Shown here piece after piece: positions 1-10,000 of a DNA stretch of 45,045 nucleotides. The position numbers and the translations under genes were made by a program. Origin of the DNA: a virus. Lineage: Duplodnaviria; Caudoviricetes. Numbering within the stretch: the stretch's first letter is position 1; every line of letters begins with the position of its first letter. The notes beneath the pieces were generated by a model. The model ran no database searches and was not told the DNA's origin. It worked only from the letters and a program-made list of their open reading frames with translations. The DNA is taken from the IMG/VR virus record IMGVR_UViG_3300019872_000004, positions 1 to 45,045 of that record, one strand, 5' to 3'.

Positions 1-117
1 AAAAGGGCTTGAAGTCTGTTTTGAGGCCGAACCCATACAGGAGCGGTGGGAAAAAGAAGGCCAGAAACACAGCGCGGTGAAATTCGTTGTTGACGGATGG
101 GTTCGAATACTCGCACC
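1..117. repeat. Terminal direct repeat, copy 1 (circularisation overlap with 44909-45025)
   Basis: Bases 1-117 are identical to 44909-45025. Confidence 0.95.
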
Positions 118-163
118 GGATACGAACGAGCCAGCGCAGACGGCGGACGATTCGCCGTTTTGA
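1..163 (+). CDS. ssb: 3' part of single-stranded DNA-binding protein (continues from 44718 across the junction)
   Basis: Hand translation ...KGLEVCFEAEPIQERWEKEGQKHSAVKFVVDGWVRILAPDTNEPAQTADDSPF*; acidic DDSPF tail typical of SSB. Confidence 0.85.
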   Translation, partial: KGLEVCFEAEPIQERWEKEGQKHSAVKFVVDGWVRILAPDTNEPAQTADDSPF

Positions 164-175
164 AAGGGGAAATAA

Positions 176-364
176 ATGATCGATATCAAACAAGCATCCG
201 CAATTCTCGGCGTCGACGACGCCAGCGCACGTATCGTGCTGAGGTTCTTCAAGGTCAGGACTGAAAAGTCAGAGGTCGCGGTTGTCGGGAAACTTAAACC
301 GAAGGCTAAGAACCTGTACGACGAAAATCAAGTCCGGGAAATCGCCGGACTCCGAAAATACTGA
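176..364 (+). CDS. Small putative DNA-binding (excisionase/HTH-like) protein
   Basis: RBS-like AAGGGGA upstream; N-terminus MIDIKQASAILGVD resembles HTH starts. Confidence 0.5.
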   Translation: MIDIKQASAILGVDDASARIVLRFFKVRTEKSEVAVVGKLKPKAKNLYDENQVREIAGLRKY

Positions 365-368
365 ATAT

Positions 369-393
369 GCCGCCTTAGGGCGGCTTTATTTTT
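369..393 (+). terminator. Rho-independent terminator
   Basis: GCCGCC-TTAG-GGCGGC stem-loop followed by TTTATTTTT just after the 176-364 stop. Confidence 0.75.
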
Positions 394-405
394 GACAAAG
401 AAAAG

Positions 406-639
406 ATGAAGCGATTTATAGCGTTCGTTTTTTGGACCGCCGCATGGTGGTGGATGATTACAATTATCATCAACATGGGCGCGCCGCCAATGCCGGAAGA
501 ACCGAAGTTTCCTACGCCAAAAACATGGGACGAAAGACACCCCGATGGCTGGTCAGAATGGGGGAACGAAAAACGAGAGGCAGTGCCAGTTATAAAATGG
601 CCTGAGGAAAATAGCGTTAATGTGAAACCAAACCTATAA
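406..639 (+). CDS. Hypothetical membrane protein
   Basis: N-terminal hydrophobic segment then Pro-rich tail. Confidence 0.45.
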   Translation: MKRFIAFVFWTAAWWWMITIIINMGAPPMPEEPKFPTPKTWDERHPDGWSEWGNEKREAVPVIKWPEENSVNVKPNL

Positions 640-1207
640 AAAGCCCTATTGCGAGGGCTGCACCGCCTACAACAATGCCTAAAATAATTTTATCATTTTG
701 AAGCGCTTGAATTGTTTTGCTCACTTCGCTTTTGTACTGCTCGTATGATGTCCAAAGCGCTTCGCGCGCTGTCGTCAACGCGTCTCGTTCCCCCAATAAT
801 TCCGTCAATGAGTCCTGAGCTATCGTCAACTGACTGTTTGAGTTTTGCAAATCGAGTAGCAAGGTCTGTATATGATTTTCCAAGCCCTGCGATTGCTGTA
901 GTAAGTCCGCGTGCTTCTGTTCGAGTTGTGCCAAGTTCGTTTGCAATTCGGTCGCGGTCGACAATGACAAGGTATAATTGTGCTTCAACGTCTCTAAAGT
1001 CGCGGTCGTTTTTTCGTTCTCTTGCAGAATATTCGTTAAACAATCTTGTAAAATCTTTATCTCTTCGATCGATATCTGATAAATCGGCATGGGGGCCGAG
1101 TAAGGATTTTTGGACTGTATCGAATCCCCTACCAATCCAACCTGCGCCGAAACCGATAATGGAAGCAACGATGATAAACAAAAACTTAAAAATATTTTTT
1201 TGCACAT
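617..1207 (-). CDS. Putative spanin-like protein (signal peptide, coiled coil, C-terminal TM)
   Basis: ATG overlaps holin stop (TAATG); signal-peptide-like N-terminus ending VSA; heptad-rich middle; C-terminal IILGIVVGGAALAIGLFIGLV; last gene of lysis cassette. Confidence 0.55.
   Translation of the reverse strand: MCKKIFLSFCLSSLLPLSVSAQVGLVGDSIQSKNPYSAPMPIYQISIEEIKILQDCLTNILQENEKTTATLETLKHNYTLSLSTATELQTNLAQLEQKHADLLQQSQGLENHIQTLLLDLQNSNSQLTIAQDSLTELLGERDALTTAREALWTSYEQYKSEVSKTIQALQNDKIILGIVVGGAALAIGLFIGLVSH
693..1205 (-). CDS. Putative i-spanin (Rz-like), nested in 617-1207 in another frame
   Basis: GTG start after GGGGGAG RBS; N-terminal TM FLFIIVASIIGFGAGWIG then long charged coiled coil; downstream of holin/endolysin. 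Confidence 0.6.
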   Translation of the reverse strand: MQKNIFKFLFIIVASIIGFGAGWIGRGFDTVQKSLLGPHADLSDIDRRDKDFTRLFNEYSARERKNDRDFRDVEAQLYLVIVDRDRIANELGTTRTEARGLTTAIAGLGKSYTDLATRFAKLKQSVDDSSGLIDGIIGGTRRVDDSARSALDIIRAVQKRSEQNNSSASK

Positions 1208-1473
1208 TACTCCCCCTTGGCTTTATCCGCGATTTCTTTCAAGTCCTGAGCGCTAATATACCCGCCGGTCACGAGCGCGTGAACTACACCGAGTGCCGAT
1301 AGACCGCCACCTGCTGCGAACGGCCACCACTGATTTACGTTAAAAATAATAGCGATTACACTGCATACAAAGCCCAAAAAAACAAGCGCCGATGAAAACC
1401 ATATATACATAACGCGCTTGCTCGAAACACTTTTATCGCTGTTTTGTACAGCGGATATTTTTTCGTCACTCAT
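1207..1473 (-). CDS. Holin-like protein (two TM segments)
   Basis: Start MSDEK at ATGA overlap with amidase stop and AAAGGA RBS; SSKR motif then two hydrophobic helices; adjacent to endolysin. Confidence 0.7.
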   Translation of the reverse strand: MSDEKISAVQNSDKSVSSKRVMYIWFSSALVFLGFVCSVIAIIFNVNQWWPFAAGGGLSALGVVHALVTGGYISAQDLKEIADKAKGE

Positions 1474-2054
1474 GATATTCCTTTCGTTAGGTCGGCGAGT
1501 AATGCTGACCAATCCTCTACATATAGATTGTACCAATGCGGGCAATCTTTGTAGCCAACAATATCCTTGTGCCGATACCAGTCGGCGGCTTTTAAGCCGT
1601 ACTGTTTCGAATATCTAATCATGAGCAAAAGTAACGATGCACGAGCGGCTGTCGTTGGAAAACCTTCCCACGTTTCATGTTCGAATTCTATGCCGATTAA
1701 AATAGAATTCGGTGATTTATGTTGATAATCAAGCGTAAAGTCAGGCCATTTTCTGCGGGCTATGTCTGTGTAATATTGTTCAGAACCCTGATAAATCGGG
1801 GACGTCGCGCCACAATGATAGGCAATTTCGTTCGAAGGAACGCAATGTAAGACCGAACCGTCTCGATCAACAATATCATGCGCTGATCCATACCCATTTG
1901 AGCCGTTCTCGCGATCTGCCCAGTATTTCCTTGTATCCGATGCAGATTGCATAGGTTTAGCGGTCCAGTGAATGACGCCGCCAAGAGTTTTTTGTCGAAC
2001 TGTTCCTGGTCGTATAAATTTGCTTATGGGTAAGAAATCGTTTTTTTCTGTCAT
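1470..2054 (-). CDS. Endolysin, N-acetylmuramoyl-L-alanine amidase (Amidase_2 type)
   Basis: Motifs IHWTA, SAHDIVD, AYHCG, IGIE, RHKD..KDCP. Confidence 0.9.
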   Translation of the reverse strand: MTEKNDFLPISKFIRPGTVRQKTLGGVIHWTAKPMQSASDTRKYWADRENGSNGYGSAHDIVDRDGSVLHCVPSNEIAYHCGATSPIYQGSEQYYTDIARRKWPDFTLDYQHKSPNSILIGIEFEHETWEGFPTTAARASLLLLMIRYSKQYGLKAADWYRHKDIVGYKDCPHWYNLYVEDWSALLADLTKGIS

Positions 2055-2497
2055 TTAATCACCGACAAAAGTACACCACCGATGCCAATTATGCTTGTGA
2101 TAATAAGCCCCCATTTCATCCAAGAATTGTTTGAAAGTTTTTCCACAATTAAAGCTGTTGTTTTTAAGCTATCTATATCGCTTTGCTGTATTCCATTTTC
2201 AACACTCAATTTTTCTATCTTAGCATCAAATTCAAGCCTTAGCTTTTCTGCGCGTTGTTCGATTTCTATTCGAACAGCTCTACCCATGTCATTTATTGTA
2301 TCTGTCTGTTTTCTCAATAATTCGTAAAGATCTTTGTAAGTGTCTCTCGTATTAGCTGCGTTCGTTTGAACTAAAGTTGATAAGACGGAAATTTGATCTT
2401 TTATGCCAGAGATAAGCGGAAGCAAACCGGCCTCCACATGCTTCGATATTCGTTCGATATCATCCAATTTTATTACAATTTCAGCCATGCTAATCAC
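2051..2497 (-). CDS. Coiled-coil protein with C-terminal TM (lysis-associated, holin/XhlA-like)
   Basis: Coiled coil plus WGLIITSIIGIGGVLLSVI; coupled to endolysin start. Confidence 0.55.
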   Translation of the reverse strand: MISMAEIVIKLDDIERISKHVEAGLLPLISGIKDQISVLSTLVQTNAANTRDTYKDLYELLRKQTDTINDMGRAVRIEIEQRAEKLRLEFDAKIEKLSVENGIQQSDIDSLKTTALIVEKLSNNSWMKWGLIITSIIGIGGVLLSVIK

Positions 2498-3599
2498 CTA
2501 TTCTTTCTATTCTCACATAGCAGAGTGTCGTTGCGTTTCCGATAGCGCCTTCGACGTGGGGCCTAATTACGTCGCCAACTTTAAGTCTTCTAATTATACT
2601 GCCTGCTGGTGGATAAGTGGTCCCAAGTGCATTTAAAAAAAGCGCCAATCTATTAGCCGCTGTTATCGTTGAAATTGCCGTTGTAAGTTGGGTTGAATTT
2701 ATACTAAAACCATATCCCAAAGGCGCTGTTGAGTCAGCATCTGCATACTCCAAAACATATCTACCGTCCATATTTATGGTAAAAACACTTCCGTTTGCGG
2801 CGCTTGTTGCGTGTGTCACCGCCGTGCCTGGACCGATATTTGTTGTATTAGTAATGCGACGAATTCTGGTGTCTGTGCTTCCTCGACCGTTTCCAGTGTC
2901 AGCTATTACGCCGTTTTCTATCTGTATTCGAGCACTATTTGTGACTGTAACCTGTACAATAGCGCTGGTCCATGTGCCAGGAGTGGCTTGATTGCTAACA
3001 AAAAACCCTAAGTACCTGATTGCGATATTGGATCTCGCAGTAGTAGAGTACAAAGTCGTTTTGCTATCAGCAGCTCCCGCACCACCTTCGGCAGTGGTCG
3101 TTTGTAAATCAGCCTCGCTAAATGTATTGCTGCTACTCCATGCGAGTTCCACAGTGCCAGCATTATCAATTGCGAACAAATGTACATTTTCGTTTTTTGC
3201 GGCAAAATGCCCTGCTGTACTACCCGAGCTTATAACGGTAGACAAAGCCGCAGTAACAGTTCGAAACACAGTTGCGCCACTCGTCAGCGTCGATGACCGA
3301 AACGCGATTATGACTTTTTTATCTGAGGTGCTACCAGGATCCGTAGCTCCATCTTTTTGTTTCAAAGAAATAGTTAGCCCATTTGTCGGAGTATTAGCCA
3401 CGACAGAAAGTCCAATGTTTGAAAGCAATTTAGCATCATATGCAAGCGCTTGGACAATTTCTTTAAACTTAGCTCCTGTCATTTTTTCGTATAAAAAACT
3501 TCCTCCGCCTTGGTCTGCGTCTACAACTAAAAATGATGTATCTAAAATGTCTGTAGCAGTTATAACTACATCTTTTATTCGAGTTCTTGTCAGGGCCAT
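2490..3599 (-). CDS. Tail fibre / receptor-binding protein
   Basis: Thr/Ser/Gly/Ala-rich beta-strand composition; last gene of the tail block. Confidence 0.65.
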   Translation of the reverse strand: MALTRTRIKDVVITATDILDTSFLVVDADQGGGSFLYEKMTGAKFKEIVQALAYDAKLLSNIGLSVVANTPTNGLTISLKQKDGATDPGSTSDKKVIIAFRSSTLTSGATVFRTVTAALSTVISSGSTAGHFAAKNENVHLFAIDNAGTVELAWSSSNTFSEADLQTTTAEGGAGAADSKTTLYSTTARSNIAIRYLGFFVSNQATPGTWTSAIVQVTVTNSARIQIENGVIADTGNGRGSTDTRIRRITNTTNIGPGTAVTHATSAANGSVFTINMDGRYVLEYADADSTAPLGYGFSINSTQLTTAISTITAANRLALFLNALGTTYPPAGSIIRRLKVGDVIRPHVEGAIGNATTLCYVRIERIGD

Positions 3600-5447
3600 T
3601 TATTCTACCACCTCTAAAAATCCAACTTCATCACCGCCGAAAATGTCTTCACCCTCTGCCGCAAGCAATTCTATGTCTCCGGTATACGTCCTATCGGGTA
3701 TTATTCGCAACCGCATAGCCGTGGTTTTTTGAGAATAATCAGGATCGACCGACAAAACTTGCCCTACTAAAACTCCGAAAAACCCGCGATCGGGCGTTAT
3801 TCCAGCCCATATTTCTGCGTCATCGTCCAGCGCCGTGTTGAATGCGATAACGTCATAAATTTCAGTATTGAAAAAATCTGTTCCTGCGAATATAGGTTCG
3901 GCTATCCGTTGAGGCTGCGAGTATTCAAGGGCCTTAGCCGCTGCCATCGCGGTCGCAAGCGTATCGTCATTCAGAAGCGATTCTATTTCCTCTGTGTTTT
4001 TCCACTGAAAATCATTAATTACATCTGTGGCATAGTCTGAATTAGTGACTCGTTTGAATTTCCCGCCATTATATTCCTTGTTATAAGCAACTGTGACTGC
4101 CTTGAAAAGATAGTCGCTTATTTCGTCTATCTGTAATGATTCTCGATTAAAAATCCTGACCGAGTCAACGAACCGGTCTACAGGCTTCACGCGATTGTCA
4201 ACAATTATTGTTCTTTTGCCGTTCACGTCAACCGAAAAGCGAAAGCCTGGGTAAATCCCGTTTTGAACCTGATTTATTATCTGCATTATGTCTGTAGCGT
4301 CTGATATGACGATTCCGCAGGTGGGTAGCTGTGTTTCTGCGGCCGCCCATGCGCCTATGTTATAGTACAAATCGTTGTAAGGAATTTCCGCAAACCGGTT
4401 GTAAAGATCCTTGGGTATGTCGCTCGCGTAGGTAACGCTAATGCCAGTTACATCGGCTACGCATTCATACGGCGCGTCGTTCGTTGTCGCCCGAGCGTTC
4501 GGTATGGTAAACGTGCCCGTTGCCGCAGTTTCTGAGCTTGGCGTTCTGGTTACCCACGTATCAGCGATTTTAACGTAAACTGTATGCAGGATCGTATAAA
4601 GTTCAGCCACACGAAACGTAGCACTCGTGCTACCCGTCGTGCCTGGATTGGTGGGGGTACATGGCGCGCGCCTGACTTTGCCGTAGATCAGAGGCACGTA
4701 TTTACCCGCGTCGTCCGTATTCAACGTGGGGTAGTCCGCGACCTGAAATGTCCGAGTGGGGACTTTTAGGTCTATTTTCCGGTTATCCTGGACGCTAAAT
4801 TGAACTTCATCCATGCCCCACGTAACTGAATCAATAAACCACGTTGCGAGACGTTGCGCCTTTGATGCGTCAACATTATTGTCAATAATTTCGTTGTCGT
4901 CGACATATGAAAGAAAAGCCGTATTTCCGACAAGTGCTTCTGATCTTAGATCGTCAAGAACTCCGCCTTCATTCGAAATCGTAATTGATGAATTTATATA
5001 TGAGGGCTTGTTGTAGCCGACAATATCCTCTTGCTTGCTGATCGACGGCACGTTTTTTAAGAAAGGTAGACACAGAGTTGAACCAACATAAACAAGGCTG
5101 TTATCAGAAAATCCAAAGCCATTTCCATATTGTATCGTAATTGATTCCGGGGTAACGCCATGCGAAAAATGTATCGAAAGCTGACCGGTTGCAGGAACAT
5201 AAAACCATGAACTTATCGTAGTAAGTGTTTGCGGGTAGGTTTCTGTTTGAATAAGTTTTATACCTTCTATAAAAATATCCGTGATTATTGAAGGCGCATC
5301 AACTGAAATATCGTGTGGGGCTCCGAATGTAGTGTACCACCATGCGGGAACATTGTACTTAAAATATTTTGTTATTACGAAAGAGTCGGTGTAATTGAAT
5401 ATCGAGGTATCGAGGATTGTTGTTTTTGCGAACGTGAAAATTAACAT
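3600..5447 (-). CDS. Baseplate hub / minor tail protein
   Basis: 615 aa downstream of TMP; GKYVPLIYG motif common in siphovirus tail-tip proteins. Confidence 0.65.
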   Translation of the reverse strand: MLIFTFAKTTILDTSIFNYTDSFVITKYFKYNVPAWWYTTFGAPHDISVDAPSIITDIFIEGIKLIQTETYPQTLTTISSWFYVPATGQLSIHFSHGVTPESITIQYGNGFGFSDNSLVYVGSTLCLPFLKNVPSISKQEDIVGYNKPSYINSSITISNEGGVLDDLRSEALVGNTAFLSYVDDNEIIDNNVDASKAQRLATWFIDSVTWGMDEVQFSVQDNRKIDLKVPTRTFQVADYPTLNTDDAGKYVPLIYGKVRRAPCTPTNPGTTGSTSATFRVAELYTILHTVYVKIADTWVTRTPSSETAATGTFTIPNARATTNDAPYECVADVTGISVTYASDIPKDLYNRFAEIPYNDLYYNIGAWAAAETQLPTCGIVISDATDIMQIINQVQNGIYPGFRFSVDVNGKRTIIVDNRVKPVDRFVDSVRIFNRESLQIDEISDYLFKAVTVAYNKEYNGGKFKRVTNSDYATDVINDFQWKNTEEIESLLNDDTLATAMAAAKALEYSQPQRIAEPIFAGTDFFNTEIYDVIAFNTALDDDAEIWAGITPDRGFFGVLVGQVLSVDPDYSQKTTAMRLRIIPDRTYTGDIELLAAEGEDIFGGDEVGFLEVVE

Positions 5448-6287
5448 TTATGGTGATGCGTTCTGAAAAAGCAAGAACGTGCCTTGATAGTTTGGCGTAA
5501 CCGTACCATTTGTCATGGAAAAATTAGTCCCCACACCAGTCGAAAAATCCATGCCTACAAAAGTTAATATATTTACGGTAGACTTATATACACGTTCTAT
5601 AAAAATAACGTCACCCGATGAGTTGTTTTTTAGCCATCCGATACAAGCCCAGGCATTTGTGCTTATACCAAGGGCTGTAAGAGTATCGAAAATGGTATCT
5701 GGAGAATAGGTTGCGAATTCATAAAAAAATATTTGTAAGAATTGTGCCTGTAGATTATTCACCGCTGTTTTGCTAACCACCGTAAATGGCTGTGTTCCCG
5801 TCGTTTGACTAAATGACGCTTTGACCGCTGATAATGTACCTTTTATTTGTAGATCGTTCGAAATGAAAGCAATCTGTCCTTCATTAGTCTTCGGTGCCGA
5901 CACAACACCGTCATAGACGGAACGTGCCTCGTCGAACACATATAAATTGCTCGAACCATCGTAATATCCGGACTGAGCGTCGCTCCAGGTAACGCCCGAC
6001 AAACTTGCGATATAAGCTATTGCTGCCGTAGCGCCCGAAGGCGTTATTTTAACGTATTTCGAAGGTGTACCGCTTATGGCCTGATCTGTCACGGCTTTAT
6101 ACAAAACGCCTGCGATATAAAATACAGTCCCTGCACGGGCGAAGTTATTCGCGAAATCGATACAGGCGTGCGAATTTCCCCGAAGTGCTTGCAAAATAGC
6201 GCCATTCGAAACCGCCAAAATCTGTACATAATCAGCCAGCGCCGCGGGCGCGCTCGGCGTAGGATTGTCTATTCGCGTCAAAGCCAT
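5448..6287 (-). CDS. Minor tail protein
   Basis: Abuts neighbouring tail genes; beta-rich composition. Confidence 0.55.
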   Translation of the reverse strand: MALTRIDNPTPSAPAALADYVQILAVSNGAILQALRGNSHACIDFANNFARAGTVFYIAGVLYKAVTDQAISGTPSKYVKITPSGATAAIAYIASLSGVTWSDAQSGYYDGSSNLYVFDEARSVYDGVVSAPKTNEGQIAFISNDLQIKGTLSAVKASFSQTTGTQPFTVVSKTAVNNLQAQFLQIFFYEFATYSPDTIFDTLTALGISTNAWACIGWLKNNSSGDVIFIERVYKSTVNILTFVGMDFSTGVGTNFSMTNGTVTPNYQGTFLLFQNASP

Positions 6288-7051
6288 TATCGGGCCTCCT
6301 GAATTTCAAAACTATATTTGAACTGAACGGCAGAACGTTTCGGCCCATCGAACTTCGTAATCGCGCAATACAAAGGGTCGTCGTATTCTAAAGTATCCGG
6401 GAAGAAATCCATATAGGTCGGATTTTGAAGCCCGAGCAATTTCAAGTTTGTCAAAAACTCTTGCGCGTCCGCATAGGTTTGAGCAACGAAATCCCATTTT
6501 CGAGCTGCCATAAAAGGAAACTGAGTCGAAATAATCTGACCAGACTTCGAACGAACGCTCGAGGTTTCGGAAAATACACTCAAATCATGGCCATTCAAAG
6601 GCCCCCCGTCCTCTGTCTCGAAATAAACACCTGATCCAAGACCTTTCATTTTTAGATACTGGCCCATATCAACATCGGTGTCGACAAATGATGCCAGCCC
6701 GAGGGAAGCGTCAGCAGATATCTCGATGTACCGACCGGTCACGGTAGATCCAAGATAGATCGGGAGCACTGGGCGCGAGTTCGAATACGCCGATTGTGTG
6801 TAAACAACTGAACTCGCATTATTCCGAATTTCAATATCGAATACTGCGGCGTTGAGGTACGCCAGGAAAACGCAATTCAATTCAGTATCAGCCCCGAGAT
6901 CGACCGTTATAATGTCGTCCGGAAATATCGAAATGTACTGCTCGTTCAAAAAATCAGACGCGAGGTTTGAGGCGGGATAACCCGGAGTTTCGTTGTCTGA
7001 CGTAATCACGGTCGTGCTTTTTTTTACCTTGTCGACAAAAAGAATTCTCAC
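6287..7051 (-). CDS. Distal tail-like protein
   Basis: Immediately after TMP; GYPASNL..ITVDLG discoidin-like pattern. Confidence 0.55.
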   Translation of the reverse strand: MRILFVDKVKKSTTVITSDNETPGYPASNLASDFLNEQYISIFPDDIITVDLGADTELNCVFLAYLNAAVFDIEIRNNASSVVYTQSAYSNSRPVLPIYLGSTVTGRYIEISADASLGLASFVDTDVDMGQYLKMKGLGSGVYFETEDGGPLNGHDLSVFSETSSVRSKSGQIISTQFPFMAARKWDFVAQTYADAQEFLTNLKLLGLQNPTYMDFFPDTLEYDDPLYCAITKFDGPKRSAVQFKYSFEIQEAR

Positions 7052-10000
7052 AGTTTAAGCCTCACTATGCCTTTTTCGAAATACGGCGCGGTAGTCTCTG
7101 CAATCATGCGCCCGTCTACAACCATTTGTAGCACAATATTACCGCCACCGCCTATGCGATCACTTATTAGTGCAGCAAACTGCGAAAGTAACGCTTGACC
7201 TGAATCGCCAGAATTTAGCATTAGCTCGGGACTTCCGTTCTCTGCGGCAACGACTGGAACACCGCCACTTTGAGGCAGTATGATACCGCCGGTTGCCATT
7301 TTTGGCGGGTTTGGTTTAGCGGAAATCACAGCAGCTAGTTGTATGCCCGCAGCCGCAGACGCGAGTCCCCCGAATATTGCGGCCCCTATCGGGCCAAAAA
7401 CCCACCCCGCAGATATGGCGTTTAGAATTGTAACGGGCACTTGCGCAATAGCACCAGCGACTTTCGCTTCCCAAGATGCAAGATTTGCTTGATATTCGAG
7501 TTGTGCCTTTTTCTTTTGGTAAGCTTCATCCGCAGCAATTCTGTCGTCGTTCGCCTTTTTCTCAATCTGAGCCTTTAGCAGCGCTCGTCGCGCCTCAGCC
7601 TCGGCAATCACGTCGCCTGCTGATATAGCAGTTTCAATTTGTGCCTGAGCCTTTTCAACATCGGATTTTTCAGCCAACCCGTTAGCCTCGAGTTCTGCCT
7701 TCAACCGTGCGTCAATAGCCAATACTTGGGCATTATATTGCTCGTCCAATGCATTCTGTTGGTTTTGTATATCGGCTGCGAATAGATCGGCGAGAGCTGA
7801 AATTAGTCCCTGAAAAAGCTGAGATACGGATGAGACATAGCCTTTCCACGCGTCGACGCCCATTTTTATTCTATTAAGTTCTTTTTCTGTGCGTTCTTTA
7901 TTTGATTTATCAATATCGGCATCTGTCGTGACGGATGATTCCGACCTCAATTTGTCGTATTTTACATATGCAGCAGCTGCAACTGTCGCACCAGCAACGC
8001 CCTCTGCTTGTAATCCAAGACGTTCACGTGCAGCATCCCTTTCTGCCTGTATTTGATTATCAAGAGATTCAATAACGGCTTGTTTTATTTCCTGATACGC
8101 TTCTTTGCCTACTTCGGTCTGATCTTCATATGCCAATTGTATTTCAAGAGAAGAATTAGAAAAGCCTTCATTTGCGTTTGAAATTTTGCCTTGTAATGCG
8201 ACGATAGTATCTGCGTTTTCTTTGTTGAGACCTTGGAGCCGTTTAATTTCGGCAATCTGACCGGCGTTAAGGCCCTTGGACTTCTCACCTATCTCTATTA
8301 TTTTGTCTATTTCTTCTTGCCGAAGCTTTATCTTGTTATTTAGGCCCTCTTCCTCCGTGATTATTCCCTTCGCAATAAGATCGTTTTGAAACGAGACCGC
8401 ACGACTTAAAGATGATGTTTCAGCTTCTTTTCGTGCAGCACGCTCTTTTTCGGCAGCCATAAAATCAAGTTCTGCTTGCTTATTCGTTTGAAGTTGCTCG
8501 CCATCTCTAACACGCACGGCCAAAAGTCTTTCTGATTGTGCGACAAGATCTACAAAAGATCGCGCAAGATTTTTTTGTGAATCTGTAGTTTTATCATTAT
8601 TTAGAATAACCTGGGCAAGCTGATCGTTAGTAAGGCCAAGCCCTTTTGCGAGTTGTTCGAATTGTTCTTTTGTCTTTAAAAGTTGATCACCTTTAGCTCG
8701 GTCAAAAATACGAGACAATTGGATATCTGCATTTTTTAGTTTGTCTTTGAAATCATCCAGAGCTTTGCCACTAAGTTTTGTTTCGTCAGAAATCTCCTTG
8801 AACATAGTTGCAACGCGTTTTTTTTCAAGCTCGTCTGCTGCTGCTGCGGCGACCGCAATACCAGTGCCTATCGCAAGGATGCCAGCAACCGCCAGACCAA
8901 TAGGGCCGAGCGATGCGCTAAGAGCTAAGCCGAGACCGCGAGCTGCTAAAGCGGCAGCCAAGAGCCCGCCAGAAAGTAAAACGAAAGCGGCAACTGCTCC
9001 CTGTATAGGGCCAGGCACACCAGATATAAAATTAAGAACTGTCGCACCAATATCGGCCACGCCTTTTAAAGCAGGACTCAACTTTTCAACAAAAGAATTA
9101 GAAGCATTTTCGGCGGCACTGCTTAGTTTCTTAAAATGCCCTTCAAGCGATTCGTTCTTGATTCTCGCTGTCTCGGCTGCGAAACCGGCGTCATTTACTT
9201 TGTCGCCCCATTTGGCGATTCCGGCGGCGCCCTGGTTGTACAAAACGTTTGCCGCTCGTATGGCGTCCGTGCCAAAAATGGTTTGAAGAGTTGAGTTACG
9301 CTGTTGCGAAGACATGTCTTTTAGCGCGTCTTGAAGGTTGCCGGCGAACTTTTCCAGCCCTACAAACTCGCCCGACGCGTTAAACGCAGAAATACCAAGC
9401 TCTGACATGAGCGCTTTGGACTCGTCGCTCGTTCCGTTGAGCGCAAGAAGCATCGTCTTAAAGGATGTACCGGCGTCCGAGCCTTTGAGGCCAGCGGCAC
9501 CGAATGCGGCCAACGCAGCCGTAGTCTCCTCAATAGTGAGCCCAGTCTGAGCCGCGACAAGGCCGACTTGATTCAACGCCTGCGCGTAATCCGATACCTC
9601 GCCCTGAGATTTGCCAGCGGCAGCGGAAAGCAAGTCTGCAATATGGGTCGCGTCCTGCCCGCTTAGACCGAACTGCGTCATAGCTGCGGCTGCTGTCTCG
9701 GCGGCGAAACCTACCTCTATGGACCCGGCAGCGGCCAGCGACAGCGCCCCGGTGAGCGCTCCGCCCATGATATCTGCGTTCGATACACCGGCTTTTGAGA
9801 GCGCTTCTATGCCTTTCAGTGCTTCTTTAGCCGAAAAAGCTGTAGTTTTACCCGCGTCTTTTGCGGCTTGTTCGAGGGCTGCGAGTTCGGACGCGGTTGC
9901 GCGGGTCGCGGCCTTTACATCCGTGAGCGCGGTGTCATATTCGGAAAAACCTTTTACGGCAGAACGGAATGCCGCGACGATGGCGGCGGCGCCCAACGTT

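Noticed and set aside
392-410. TTGACA as another member of the promoter regulon
   Set aside because: No GTGTA at +4 and no -10 at proper spacing; it overlaps a terminator T-tract
2490-6287. Diversity-generating retroelement or invertible tail-fibre cassette
   Set aside because: No reverse transcriptase or invertase, and no TR/VR-like duplicate noticed by eye
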